A stretch of DNA of 64,000 nucleotides from Octopus sinensis (GCF_006345805.1 NC_042997.1:104036001-104100000), one strand, 5' to 3'; positions 1 to 14,879 are shown, counted from the first letter of the stretch. A program made the numbers and translations. Notes: generated by a model not told the origin, from the letters alone.

Positions 1-620
1 GCACAGGGGCATCCGGACTCTCGCCTTCACCGTGAACAAGAATTAATCTTCTCTCTTCGTTCCTTTGCGCCACATGGGCTCAACTTTGTTCCCTCCTACC
101 CACCTCCTCCCTTTATCTACACCCACTTCATCCACACCCTACCCCCACATATCCCACCCTCACACCCCATCCTTACACCCCAACACCACCACACCACACA
201 CCACCACATCACATCACCCCGCACACACTAGCACTGAACCACACCATCATCCCCACATTACAGACGCACACACATACACACACTTCAAAGTCACCAACCC
301 CTATCCACACGCACACACACACACTCTCATAATCACACTCGCACGCACCTTTTGTTTTGGAGTCACCAATACTTTATCATCTCCCCTTCTTCCTAGATCT
401 CCTGTCTAACTACCTTTGTCCAGCCAGTCACCATGATTGACCGCCAGCTCCACATTTTTTAAAATTCTTTCTCTGGTCATTTCATTGTGTTCCTTTCTGT
501 TGAAGAGCGTAGGCTCGAAACGTAAAAGACTTTCTCACCTTTCAAGAGTCAAACAAATACACCAGTTTGTTGTTTATACATCTATCTCCGTCTTTTGTTT
601 TTCTGTAAATTTCAACTATA
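1..620 (+). mobile_element. 3' end of a Penelope-like retroelement: C-terminus of the GIY-YIG endonuclease followed by a pseudo-LTR region
   Basis: Frame 1 from base 1 reads AQGHPDSRLHREQELIFSLRSFAPHGLN, matching the R-x3-E-x3-I-x2-L-x4-P-x-GLN terminus typical of PLE GIY-YIG domains. A CA-rich tract and a hammerhead-like motif at 497-524 follow. Confidence 0.7.
493..528 (+). ncRNA. Minimal type-I hammerhead-ribozyme-like motif, non-canonical core
   Basis: CUUU (stem I) - CUGUUGA-A - GAGC guag GCUC (stem II) - GAA - ACGU (palindromic stem III) - A - AAAG (stem I). Topology matches PLE minimal hammerheads, but the core has U at the A6 position plus an extra A. Confidence 0.5.
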
Positions 621-742
621 CATACATACATACATACATACATACATACATACATACATACATACATACATACATACATGCATGCATACATACATACATA
701 CATACATACATACATACATACATACATACATACATACATACA

Positions 743-776
<34 letters not shown>

Positions 777-782
777 CATACA
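618..782. repeat. (TACA)n microsatellite between two pseudo-LTR copies
   Basis: Near-perfect TACA array seen directly. Confidence 0.95.
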
Positions 783-839
783 TAAGAGACGCCATGATAG
801 ATCGTTAGCCACTACATACATTTTTCCCTCCTTTTTTCT

Positions 840-990
840 CTTCTTGTTTTCTGTGTCCCTTTCTGTAGAAGAGCGTAGGCTCGAAACGTAAAGTACTTTT
901 TCTATTCCTAACCGTTATACTAATACATCTGTTTGTTTTGTACACCACCCGTCTTCGTCTTTTGTTTGTTTTCCCGTAAACTCTCCCCAT
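840..990 (+). mobile_element. Second, partial copy of the Penelope-type pseudo-LTR repeat with a hammerhead-like motif (859-893)
   Basis: CTGTAGAAGAGCGTAGGCTCGAAACGTAAAG and the downstream ...CGTCTTTTGTTT...GTAAA tail repeat 490-615. Confidence 0.7.
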
Positions 991-995
991 ACATA

Positions 996-1205
996 AGAGG
1001 GTACTGAAAAGTTCTTGGCTTTGGGTAAAAGAAAATTCAGGCGGATCAATTAATTAGGACTTTATTCAACATATTGCCCTCTCGGATTCACTTGTTGCAG
1101 CAGCCCTTCAGTTTTCTGTGCCCTGTGAAAGGACTCGGAAGTTTCGGCTTCCACCTAGGCCTTTTGCGCTATCCTTATAGCCAGGAGCTTTTCAACACAC
1201 CCTCG
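996..1205. mobile_element. Mariner-type MITE (about 210 bp)
   Basis: Imperfect TIRs AGAGGGTACTGAAAAGTTCTTGGCT / AGCCAGGAGCTTTTCAACACACCCTCG, flanked by TA at 994-995 and 1206-1207. Confidence 0.85.
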
Positions 1206-2009
1206 TATATGCATGTATGTATGCATGCATGCATGAATGTATGTATGCGTGTGTATTTGCAGAGAGGGAGAGAAGTGGGGAGGAAAGGAAAAGAGTGGGT
1301 TAGCTAAATGCTTGGAAGTAATATCAAAATGATAGAATTCCACCTGTCGAGAGTAGCAGACAGCAATCTAGCTAATTCAAACGAACCGACAGGTATTAGT
1401 GTTTCATATATTTTCTTATGTGTTTTTATAATCAAAGTTTCTTCCGAAGGATATTATTCTAGAGAAGAAATTTAATTAAATTTATGCGCGGTCGCAAACC
1501 ATTGTATACTTTCATCTTTGAGCATTGTAGAAAATACTAGTCACCCTTTACAAATCAACAACGCCTCGAAGACACTGAAGCGAATCGCATTTATTCGTAT
1601 AAAAACTACAATATACAGAATAGAAATTGTATTATGCAACATTTTCATCATTTTCGACAGCAGGAGTGATAGAAAAATGTGAAATAGATATAACCTTTTT
1701 ACGACAATCGGTCTTTTTCTTATCTCACACGAACACACGAATTGTAACCCTTCACTACAACATTATACTGCTGGTGTATTTTAAATAATCATTTTTGATT
1801 AAATTATATTAAACTACTTTTTCAGTACCGTTAACCAGCCTGAGCAAATTAACGATGAAATTCATGCCTTTTCTCAAATTGTAAGAAAAAAAAAGGCTTC
1901 AGCTTTTTGAAACCCGTCATTAAAAAGCGACACACTAAACCATTTTGTTATTATAGACCTTCTTCATTAAAAGTATCTTTGTGCTAAAGGAAAACAACCA
2001 GTTTAATAC

Positions 2010-2140
2010 GCAGGCGTAGCTGTGTGGTAAGAAGTTTGCTTCCCAACTATATGGTTCTGGGCTTTAGTTCCACTGCGTGGCACCGTGAGCAAGTATACTC
2101 AGCTGTAGCCTCGGGCCGACCAAAACCTTCTGAGTGGATT
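2010..2140 (+). mobile_element. tRNA-derived SINE family S1, 5' fragment
   Basis: GCAGGCGTAGCTGTGTGGTAAGAAG...CCACTGCGTGGCACC...GCCTCGGGCCGACCAAA matches the full copy at 46866-47280. Confidence 0.85.
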
Positions 2141-2156
2141 TATATATATATATATA

Positions 2157-3781
2157 CAGTCGCGGCCAAAACATTCAGAACGGCATTGTTTTCGTCAGAA
2201 AAGTAGATATAATTTTTTATCAAAGTTGTTTTATATTCTATAATTTTCACAGACAATAAATACAATATTATTTGTTATTGCCTGAGATTTAGGTGTAATT
2301 GTAGAGGATAATACAAAAGTTATGGATGATTTAGTGATTTACTGCAAAACCCATGGCGGCCAAAAGGATCAGAACGGTTGCTTTTACTCCGTGTTTTAGT
2401 ATATTTAACCGGCGAACTCTAATGTTTTGAATTTGTTTACGTGACGGTTCGTTTACTAAACATTAGTAAGAATATTTGCAGTGTACTTTGTTAATATAAT
2501 GCCACTTACTCCGTTACCAATTCGTCAGCAGATTATTAAGCTTCGAAGGAAGGATAATTTAAGTATTTGATCTATTGCAAAGATTGTTAACAAGTCAAAA
2601 AGTGTTTTACACGGTATTCTTAAGGTCTACGATGATTGTGGTTCGTGTGAAGCAAGAAAGTTTACAGGTAGGCCAAGAAAAACGACCAAGTGAGAAAATC
2701 GTGCTATGGTAAAGTTGGTTAAAAAGGACAGATTTAAAACTGATGCTGCTGTTTCTCGGAAAATGAGCATTCTATTCAAGAAAACTTTATCTCGAAAAAC
2801 TGTGTCTCGTCGTTTAGTTGAACATGACCTACAAGCAAGAGCACCTGCAGTGAAGCCACTGATCAGCTCCAAGAATAAAAAGTGTCGTCTTACCTTTGCA
2901 ACCGAACATGTGTTATGGTCTCAAGAAAATGGCAAACGGTGCATTTCAGTGATGAATCTAAGTTTATGTTATTTGGCTCAGATGAGAAAAGGTACGTTCG
3001 TAGAAAAGTAGGTGAAAAATTGTCGCCTAAATGCCTTAAGACTAGTGTTAAATTCGATGGAGGAAGTGTCATGGTTTGGGGGATGATATCTGGAGATGGT
3101 GTGGGCCCTTTGGTGCGATTACATGGAAAGGTAAATGCAGGAGTTTATAAACAACTTGTAAAAGATCATGTCTTGCCTGTGCTGAGAAATTCAACTAAGC
3201 GACCACCCATATTCGTGCAGGACAATGCCCCATGTCACAAGGCTAAGGTGGTCATGAACTTCCTCAAGGCTGAAAAGGTTATTGTTATGGATTGGCCTGC
3301 TCAAAGCCCAGATCTCAATCCTATTGAAAATGTATGGAATATTCTAAGAGGACGTTCGAAAGCCAGAAATTCTAAAACAACTGGGCAATTGCGGAATGCC
3401 CTTCAGGAAGAATGGAATAAGATCACCCGGCAAGAAATTGAAAATTTAATTTCCTCATGCAGTCGAAGATGTCAGAGTGTGATTGAAGCTAAAGGCCTTC
3501 ACACTAAATATTAAATAATTCCAGTATTCTCTGTCATTTTTGATTATTTTGTTATTTTTTCAACCGTTCTGATCATTTTGGCCGCCATGGGTCTTGCAGT
3601 AAATCACTAAATCCTCGATAACTTTTGTATTATCCTCTCAAATTACACCAAAATCTCAGACAATAACAATTAATATTGTATTTATTGTCTGTGCAAATTA
3701 TAGAATATAAAACAACTTTGATAAAATATATCTACTTTTCTGACGAAAACAATGCCGTTCTGAATGTTTTGGCCGCCACTG
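2157..3781 (+). mobile_element. Tc1-family DNA transposon with about 220-bp IR/DR-type inverted repeats
   Basis: CAGT...ACTG termini. Left IR is 2157-2380 and right IR is 3561-3781, each with outer and inner DR (GGCCAAAA...CAGAACGG). TA lies on the left; the right flank reads TCTATA. Confidence 0.95.
2499..3514 (+). pseudogene. Tc1 DD34E transposase pseudogene
   Basis: ATG at 2499, GRPRK motif, SDESKF, SVMVWG, QDNAPCH and WPAQSPDLNPIENVW, with D-to-E spacing of 34. Two in-frame stops in the N-terminus and one frameshift near 2930. Confidence 0.93.
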
Positions 3782-3788
3782 TCTATAT

Positions 3789-3834
<46 letters not shown>

Positions 3835-3984
3835 TATATATATATTATGCAAACACGCTTTCTTTAAGACAGCGTATTTTATAGTGTATCATATATATAT
3901 ATATACATAAGTTTACATATAGAATACAGTAATTAAGAATGGAGCAGAAAGATCTTCGCATCTAATATAGAACAGCTGAAATAT

Positions 3985-4600
3985 TTGCAAACTCTATAGT
4001 CCGATAGCATCCACACTCATCATGTTCTAAACCCAGTTTCGTTGCAGCCTCTTTGTAACTATTGAAAACTACACCATTAATAATCCTCATATGTTCAAAT
4101 GATATACCTCTGGGAATATGATATTGTAAAGCTCTCAGCTAGCATTGCTCTTCTTCCTTAGGTGAAAGAAGGTAGATATGCTCAATTGAGTGTGTATTAT
4201 TTTTGTTTTGAGATGCCACATTTTCTCACTATTATTCCATGTGTAAAATTCAGGGAAATCAGTAGAGTGTAATGCACATGCAAATGAGAGATTTCCGGTT
4301 AACTCGCATCCATTCAGTGAAAGTGGACATGTGTAGATAACATGTTCAATATCATCATTGTCATTGAAATAAATATATTGCTGATTGGGTAAATGAACTG
4401 TAAGCTGTTGCACTACAGGATATGAACCATGTAATTTGAACCCTAAAAACCTGCCTCTGATGAGGATACATAGCGGTCATTGATAGAGTTTTCAATTTCA
4501 TCGTTGTGTATTTGTCGTGCATTAGTTTGTCCACTAATATTGACTGTCACCCGATCATGACCTTTATGAATATATTTGCTAATATATTTAACTTATTTTA
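3985..4600 (-). pseudogene. Helitron Rep/helicase internal fragment
   Basis: Minus strand reads KYISKYIHKGHDR...DEIENSINDRYVSSSEA...VQQLTVHLPNQQ...DFPEFYTW...ISFEHMRIINGVVFNSYKEAATKLGL, the conserved RepHel linker between the Rep and Pif1 domains. Contains stops and frameshifts. Confidence 0.85.
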
Positions 4601-4851
4601 TAGATGCACATATCTCTACATTACAATGACCTCCATATTTGACTAAAAAGGAAGAGAGAATATGGTATAATTGAGCGATTATCTAATTCAACATTAGACT
4701 GTGTAAATGTAAAAAAAATCAAATATGAGAAAGTCTAGTTGTGAGAGAAATGTGAGAGAAATATGCGTACACAGCACGCGTGCGCACGCTCACGCACACG
4801 TATGTGACAGATGCAGAAACAGGTGCGTGTGTATATGTATGAATATCGTTT

Positions 4852-4892
<41 letters not shown>

Positions 4893-6681
4893 GAATACGA
4901 TAAACTTGATATCTGTAATAGATGTGTGTTTCCGTTGCCTAAGGCTTTTATGTCATATCTGATTGATTGTCTTCATGTATTTTCGAACAAGTGCACAAAC
5001 ATTAACAACATTTATAAGCATTTACGAGGATATTCACAACTATATTTTGAAACAGTGAACGCAAATATAAATTATTCACACAAGAACACGTACGCACATA
5101 ACCAGTCACATATGCATATACACAGCATCTACGCATACACATACACCTATGCATATTGTTTATTTCGTTCAAAAATCGATGATGACGATGATGATGAAAC
5201 CATGGTTTCAGGAATGATATTACTGTTGATAAGGATAACAACAATTATTTCGAATTTTGGAACAAGGCGAGCAATTTTATAGGAAGTTGTATGTCGTTTA
5301 TATCCACCTAGTATTTGACTTAACCTCGAAACAATGAAAAGCAAAGTCAATCGGGCGGAATTTGAACTCAGACCATAAAGATTTGAAAAAAAAAATGCCT
5401 TAAACCATTTTGTCTTATGACTAAACGACTTCACCAGCGCGAAATGTTTCTTTATTGACCAGTAAGGATTTATATAAAGATCGAGGTAGGTACCAGACGA
5501 TACAATGTGCAGTTACATTGAAATACGTCCCCTAAAGTGAGGAGACTTTCAATTTCTGTCGTGGTAATCCTAAAAAACAACAAAAAAAAAAGACGTAAAA
5601 GAACCGAAAAAGAAAAAAAAAAAACGGACATCTTGACCACTGATGCAAGTGTCCGCTTCTTTTTCTCCCTCAATCTACAGCAATTGAATCATTATTCCTT
5701 TTTTTTTTCAGGTAGACTGCTTATCCCTTTCAGCATCCATTTATTAACTGTCCTTATAAATGGAGGTGTAATTCTGCAATAAGTATAGCTTAACGTTCGA
5801 TTACCCAGAAATGTTGCTGACGCGAGCGATTCTCATTTTGTTTACTGGTTGTGTCGAGAGTGCGGGGTTTTCGGCCTCAATTTTTACTCCCAGTAATGGA
5901 GATGTAGCAGTTTTATCTACTGACTCACGAATCGCTTCTAGGAGACAACATCCAATAGTTGTTCGTATTGCTTTTATTCTTTTATACTTTCTCGCAACAA
6001 AAGAAAGCTTTTAAATCGCTTTGCTTCTACTCGTGTAGCAGCTGAGTCTTCTTCTTTGAATTTTGAGTTTTAAGGTCTTAAAATTGGCACATTCTGCGGG
6101 ATATTTTTTCTGGTACTGTTTTGTAACCTGTGTAATCATGTGGACTTATACGTCCATGGTCATCCCATCCAATCATATTTCAACAGACGTTACCATTGAA
6201 TTGACCACCAACCCATATTTAACCATTAAGTGGACCACAAGCCAAGAGTCAACATCAAGTCCGACGTCTCTGACGGTGGCCCTTAGGTTCCTTCTTCCGG
6301 TAATTGTGGGATCAGCTTGTGGTCAGGTGTGCCACGTATTATTGTAGTCGTACTTTCGTCCCATCCTCAGTTTTAAAGATGACACTATACTGTAATGTGC
6401 CCTCCATTTAACAACGGAGTAGAGTTTACTGAGAATATTAGCCAGGGCTGTATCTAAACGTTCGCGTAGAAAAGAAAAGTGCTGTGTCCTTGGAAAGGTA
6501 GAGGTACGTTACTCCCATACTCTAGCAGGCCTCTGTGACTGATTGTTGAAATCTAGTCGCTGTCCAATGAATAAGAACATATTGTACTTTCTCTTAGCGT
6601 TATACGACAGAATCGAATGAAAATATATAAAGAAAAACGAACCTTGTCTTGTGAAATATAATCAAAAATAGAAATCACTTC

Positions 6682-6935
6682 GTTGCTGTGTGATAAGAAG
6701 CTTGCTTTCCTGACACATGGTTCTTGGTTCAGTTGTGCTGCGTGGCACTTTGGGAAAGTATCTTCTATTATAGCCTCGGGCCGACCAATGCCTTGTGAGA
6801 GGATTTACTCGACAGAAACTGAAAGAAGCTCGGTGTGTATATATATATGTGTATTTAGGTGTGTGTGTGCCTTTCTCTCTGTGTTTGTTCTCCACCATCA
6901 CCGATGTTGGTTTGTTGATATCCCCGTAAGCCTGA
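6682..6935 (+). mobile_element. SINE family S1, degenerate copy
   Basis: Collinear with 46866-47150, including the internal TA/TG microsatellite. Confidence 0.8.
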
Positions 6936-7249
6936 CAACAACAACAGCAACAACCAGAAAAACTTCTAATTTGTGAGCAAAATCAGCAATTTTGAGTGGA
7001 GAATTAGTAGATTGTATCGAACCCAAGGATACACTTTTACTATCTTTTCTCTGTATCGAAAGTATATGAAAGGCAAATTTGTCGTTGGTGGGGATTCAAC
7101 TCCGATCGTAGAATGCAAGAATAAACACTGCAACACATTCTAATCCGAGACTCTACTGGTCCTAACAAACAACAATAATAACAATTCTTCTTTCTACTAA
7201 AGGAACAAGACCTGAAATTTTTGGATCGTTGAATGCCTGACAGCATCAC

Positions 7250-8575
7250 ACATTTTCTGATACATAGCATGAAAGAATAGAAAACTAAATTTTACTCAAG
7301 TAATATATCTCTTGGTGAAGTCAGTATTAAAAGGGGAATCTTCCAAGGTGACTCGTTTTCTACATTACTTTTTTTGCAATTGCTAATAATACTATTAACA
7401 ATGACACTTAGGAAAGTTAAGATGAGTGGCCAATGTAGGAAGAAAGGCCCATCATTGAATCATCTTCTGCTTATGGATGACGTGAAATTATTTGGGAAAT
7501 CTGAAAAACAGATAGATTCCTTAAACAAAACAGTGTAGAAGTGTGGTAGGGACAGCAGTATGGAATTTGGGATTACCAAATGCTCAGTACTTAATATGAA
7601 AAGAGGGAAGAAAGCAGCCCGCAGAGGATTGCGGTTACCATCAGGAGAGGCAATGGGTGAACCAGACGGTAATGGGTTTAGATATTTAGGGATTTTGGAG
7701 CTGGATGATATTCTACGCAGATGACATTCTATAAAGTAAAGGTCAGCGAGGCTTATCAAAAATGTGCGAATATGGCGTGGAGATCAAAAATTTGATTACC
7801 ACAATGAATATCTGGGCAGTTGCGGTGGTCATATATAGCGCGTCCACACTCAAATGGACAATAAGGGGAAATATCAACACTGGATAGAAGGACATGAAAG
7901 TTGATGACGCTGCATGGAGCGCTACACCCTAAAGCAAACATAAACAGGCTGTATATAAAAAGAAAGAATGGGGGCAGAGGACTAATTAGTATAGACCATT
8001 GTATAAGGAGAGAAAGGAGAACGCTTGCCAAGTATTTGATAAATAGTGATGGAGACCTGCTGCAATATGCCGCGAAAGATATGGGTGTAAATGTAGATGA
8101 AATCATGGGCAAGGAAAACTATAACTAAAGAGCTGAAGAGATGAAAAAAAAAGAAGACCTTCTTGAAATGAGAATGCACAAGACATTTGAAAGGAATACA
8201 CAAAACATTAAGGATAACACAACATCGTGGGCATGATTTGAGTGAGGTGATTTGAAGCGTACCACTGAAAGCCTGATCAATGCTGCACAAGTCCAGGCTC
8301 TCGCTACCTATTCAGTTAAGTATAACATCTATAATACTTCTGATACCCAGAAATGCAGACTGCTGATCGGAGCGTTGAGATCAATCCCATTGAAACTTGA
8401 AAATGTCTTAAGGCAACTGGAAATCCCATGCAAGATTGATACCTTGCAAAAAGCAGCCTTATTGGGCACAGGGCACATCTTAAGGAAAGTATTACTTGTC
8501 TGAGGTCCTTGTTACTTGACAGATGACTAAAAACTCCGGTGCCTTTTTGCCTACACAGTGTTACGATGAAATAGC

Positions 8576-8640
<65 letters not shown>

Positions 8641-8650
8641 TAATAACAAT
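7250..8650 (+). mobile_element. R4/Dong-clade non-LTR retrotransposon, 5'-truncated and internally deleted, with an (AAT)n tail
   Basis: KRGIFQGDS, NHLLLMDDVKLFG, FRYLGILE, RLYIKRKNGGRGL, AAQVQAL...KCRL and LQKAALLGTGHILRKVL*. (AAT)n at about 8555-8650. Confidence 0.9.
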
Positions 8651-9199
8651 CATAGCAGTAAAAATAATGACAATAAAAAGAGCAATAATAATAGTAGCTT
8701 CTATCACAGGCACAAATATTGAAATTCCATTATTTTTCACGACAGTTCATTGAAATAAGACTCGTAATAGCGACGGCACCAACGACAAATACAAACATAA
8801 TAATTACGATGATGATGATAAGGAGGAGGGGGAAGAGAAGGAGGAGAAAGTGTAGGATGAAGATGTCGATGAAGATGCTACGGCTGCTGCTGAGGATAAT
8901 GTTGGTTACTTGTATCAGAACATGATGGAGGTGGGGCAAAATAATAAAAGTAACTGAAAAGCAGATACAAATGTTTTTATGAATTTAAACCCATGTAAAC
9001 ATTTAAATATTTAATAAGGTAAAAAATTAAAACCAATATATTTAAATTTAAAACCAATGTATTTAAATTTATTTCTAACTATTCATGATATTCATACGTA
9101 TGTTTATTCTATTATATTTTATGATATCATTTCATGTCATTTATTATATGATGGTGTATCATATATATATAGATACATACATACATATAATTATATATG

Positions 9200-9300
<101 letters not shown>

Positions 9301-10823
9301 CATGCATATACACATGTGAGTGTGTGTATAGTGATACCTGTGCTTTTGTGTATTTATATATGCATACATCTGTTGAAAATGGGAAAATGGACGTTAAATC
9401 ATTGATCAGAGATAGGGAGATATCCGTCAGAATTTTGTCATTTTGAAAGTTGATATACATTATTGAGTCTTCTTTCAATGAAAATAGTTGTTTCGGAGTT
9501 CATATTTCATAACCTGCATCTGGCTATTAAATCAGATGTGTCGCTGTGTACGCGTGATTCAGCATCTTTCACAATTTCTCTCGCACTCATTTGCTCTTTT
9601 CGTTTACTCTCTCTCTCTTTTGTGCATGTTTGTGTTTGTTTGTGTGTGTGTGTGTTTTCTTTCTATATCTTGCTTGTATTTGAGTGCTTGAAATGAGTGT
9701 GTGAGTATATGTAACATGACATGCAAACGAGAGTTTAACTCCGCTTTAAAGCATTTCTTTATATTCATGTATGAAGATATGTATATACAAAAGAGATCTT
9801 TTAAAGTGAGTTTGTATGCGTGTGTGTGTGTGTGTGTGTGTACGTGTTTTCCTTATGCATTCCAAAACCGAGTTGCCGTTTTTGACGTATGGAGTGTTAA
9901 AAGATTCAATAAGCTTTTGGCTACCAACTAAACTATATTTTAATTCGCTTATTTGCATTACAAAAATTTAAGATTATCATTTTTCTTTTAGTCACCTATC
10001 GTAAACGACATCTATTATTCCCAGCCCCACCCCACCCTACCTCCACAACGACGATGACGTCACATTTTTCTATATTTCTTTGCACGTTCATTACGTACGT
10101 TAGGCCGATGACTCTCAAGTATATGTGTGACGGGGTTAATGTCTGTTAGTATATTTACATTTTTGTGACTACATTTTTGTGACACGCACACACTTCTAAA
10201 GACACAGACTGACAAACACAGGGACAGAGATAGGCTTGAGGTGTGCGTTAATGTATGTCTCTGCGTGTCTTAGTATATGTATGTGACTTTCCCAAACCAA
10301 CAGCGAAGCGCTCTTATATTGAAAGTTACAAAGATTAGGTTTCATTAGAAATTGAAAATAGTTTCACACTTTCAATTTCAACCAAAATTTCAACCAAAAG
10401 TGTTCGATTACGACGAGACTGATGATGTGTGAATAATGAAAGTAATTTTTCTCCGAATTAGTCACATCAGTATTATAATAAAGAAAGTTACTTAGGTGAT
10501 CTTTCGTCCTGACTTGCAGAGCTGTCATCAGCATTCGTTAATTTCCGAAATAAGATTTAATTTATTTACATTTGTTTTAAAATGAAAGAGATGAGAAAAT
10601 GAAAGGTGTATGTATATGAAATTGACGTGTGTGTGAGAGAGAGAGAGAGAAAAAAAGAGAGGAAGGAAGACAGATATAGAGAGAGGAAGGGAAAAAGAGA
10701 GAGAGGAAAAGAGAAGGAGAGAGAGAAAGAGAGCGTCTGAAGAGGTGTCTTGTCATGTATACGTACATACATCAATATATATGCATGCATCTTTTTTGTA
10801 AGTACATGTGTGTGTGTGTGTGC

Positions 10824-10894
<71 letters not shown>

Positions 10895-11092
10895 ACCGAT
10901 AGAATAAGTAAAACATTTTTTTTTAATGTAATATGGAATCGATTTATTCGACAAAATACTTCAAGTCTGTACCTCAGCATGGCCTAATGATTGAAACAGT
11001 TATGTGTGTATATCTATCTATCGATCTATCTATCTATCTATCTATCTACACACATACAAAAACACATATATATATATATACATACATATACA

Positions 11093-11165
<73 letters not shown>

Positions 11166-11214
11166 ATATATATATATATATATGTATGTATTTACACAAA
11201 CACACAAAATATGG

Positions 11215-11495
11215 GGGTTTAGTTCCCATTTGATCTAAACGATTAGGTACGCTAGGTAAGTGCTGTATCGGATTACTAGGGCTCCAAGGTTATAGCCGAG
11301 GCGGTAGTTATGGAACCATTGTAGATTTCCAATATAGCAGATATATGATTGCTAAAGAGAACATCAAATGTTAAGGCAAGGTAAACATCTCAAGTCATAT
11401 ACATTATTATTATTGGAAAAAAAAATTCAAAGTCGTACAGCTGTTTCTGGGATATCCCAGAGTAGGGAGTATTGCGTCATCAGAGACAAATATGG
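11215..11495 (+). repeat. Unclassified interspersed repeat, copy 1
   Basis: Shares ordered anchors (TTTAGTTC, TGATCTAAA, AGGTACG, GTAAGTGCT, TAGCAGATATAT, CAAGTCAT, GTCATCAGAGACAA) with 46322-46620. Confidence 0.65.
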
Positions 11496-12044
11496 AAATT
11501 GAGAAGGGTATAAGACTAATAAAATGACGACATAGAGGAAAGGAGTAAAGGAATAAGGAGATGAAGAAAGAAGAGAAAAAAGAAGCATAAAAGTTCACAG
11601 TTCAACTTCCGATCTTGTAGAAATAAGTCCAGAAGTCCTTAGGTGCAATGCTGCGTAACTCCGTGATACTGCTTTTTCTTTCGAAAAATTATAGAACTGC
11701 TTTCAAGTGTTCAGGCATTCAGAACATATTAAAAGTATTTATTTAAGAATATAATATAAATAAGAGATATATGATTTCAGAATATACATGAAAATATACG
11801 CAAGAAAAAAAATTCGATATCTGGAGTGATATAGCGTGTATAAGAAAATCTCATTAAAAATTAAAAATTAAAAATTTAGAATTAAAAACCAAAAAGTAAA
11901 AATAAAAATTACATTGACGGCAGTGAGAAACTTTAATGAGGAATTTAAAAGTCAGAGAAATATAAAATGAGATGTTAGTGCTATTTTCATTTTTGCGTTA
12001 TTTAGACGACAATTTATTCACCGCACCCTTTATACACACATGCG

Positions 12045-12456
12045 CACACACATTAGTCGAATGCATCGACCCTAGAACTTATTTTTTAAAAACCTAATAC
12101 TTACTCTATCATCCTCTTTTGCCGGACAACCAGGTTACGGGGACGTAAACACATCAACTCTGGTTGTCAAGCGGTTGGTGGGAGACAAACACAGATACAA
12201 GAGGACACACAGGCACACACAGGCACATACTCGCACACATACACGCTCACTCACACCCACACACACGCACACACACACACACGCGCACATATATATACGA
12301 CGGGCTTCTTTCAGTTTCCTTCTACCAAATGCACTCAGAAAGCTTTGGTCGGCCCGGGTCTATAGTAGAAGACATTTGACGAAGGGTCCACGAAGTGGGA
12401 CTGAACCCGGAACCATGTGTTTGGGAATAAGCTTTTTACTACACAGCTACGCCTGC
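12045..12456 (-). mobile_element. SINE family S1, near full length
   Basis: Reverse complement of the 46866-47280 copy; internal (CA)n/(TA)n tract at about 12185-12300. Confidence 0.85.
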
Positions 12457-12824
12457 AGCTATTAATACTTTTACCTTAGTAATTCTACCAAATGCAGCGT
12501 AGGTTTGTGTTTACCACCACTTAAAAAAATGAGTACATGTGAAAGGATTACTTGAATCTCCAAAAAATACACGATAGTGTTCAGATAATTTTAAGGAACG
12601 GATTCTGTTTACTATTGCAGAATTGGGGTGATGGCGGTTAAGTGTCACGGGTACAAAACATACTGTCATAATAGTGGCACTACAAGAACTGCTGACATTA
12701 CGGCACCTAAGACAACTCGTTACCGACTCAGTCAAATACACGCCCCTTCCCTTCCCTCTTTTCACTAACAATCTCAATTTTTTCCAACAATAACACAAAC
12801 AAACCAACACTCTCACACACATAC

Positions 12825-14530
<1,706 letters not shown>

Positions 14531-14879
14531 CATACAGAGAAACAGACTTGCGCACAAATATACGAATACTTTTATACTCTGACAAATACGCATTGACTTA
14601 GCAAATGCTGTTTTAGATCTATGAAGAGATCTCCATATGATTTTCCGACATTTTATAATTCAGAGCAAATTTCTCGTGAATCACACTCTACTCTCATAAG
14701 CAAGAAGGGATGCACTGGATAATCTAATCGTAGATAATCTGTGTATCAATACAGTCTGACCATGAACACCATGTATTGATTTCGGACTTATCTACTACAA
14801 GTGAGCTTGCCTTTTGCTTTCTTGCATGGGCCTATGTACACATACACATACAAAATTAAAGTTTAGATAGATTTTAAAA

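Noticed and set aside
12620-12770. Possible exon after TATTGCAG (IGVMAVKCHGYKTYCHNSG...)
   Set aside because: Only one short open frame, no recognisable domain, no convincing donor site or partner exons.
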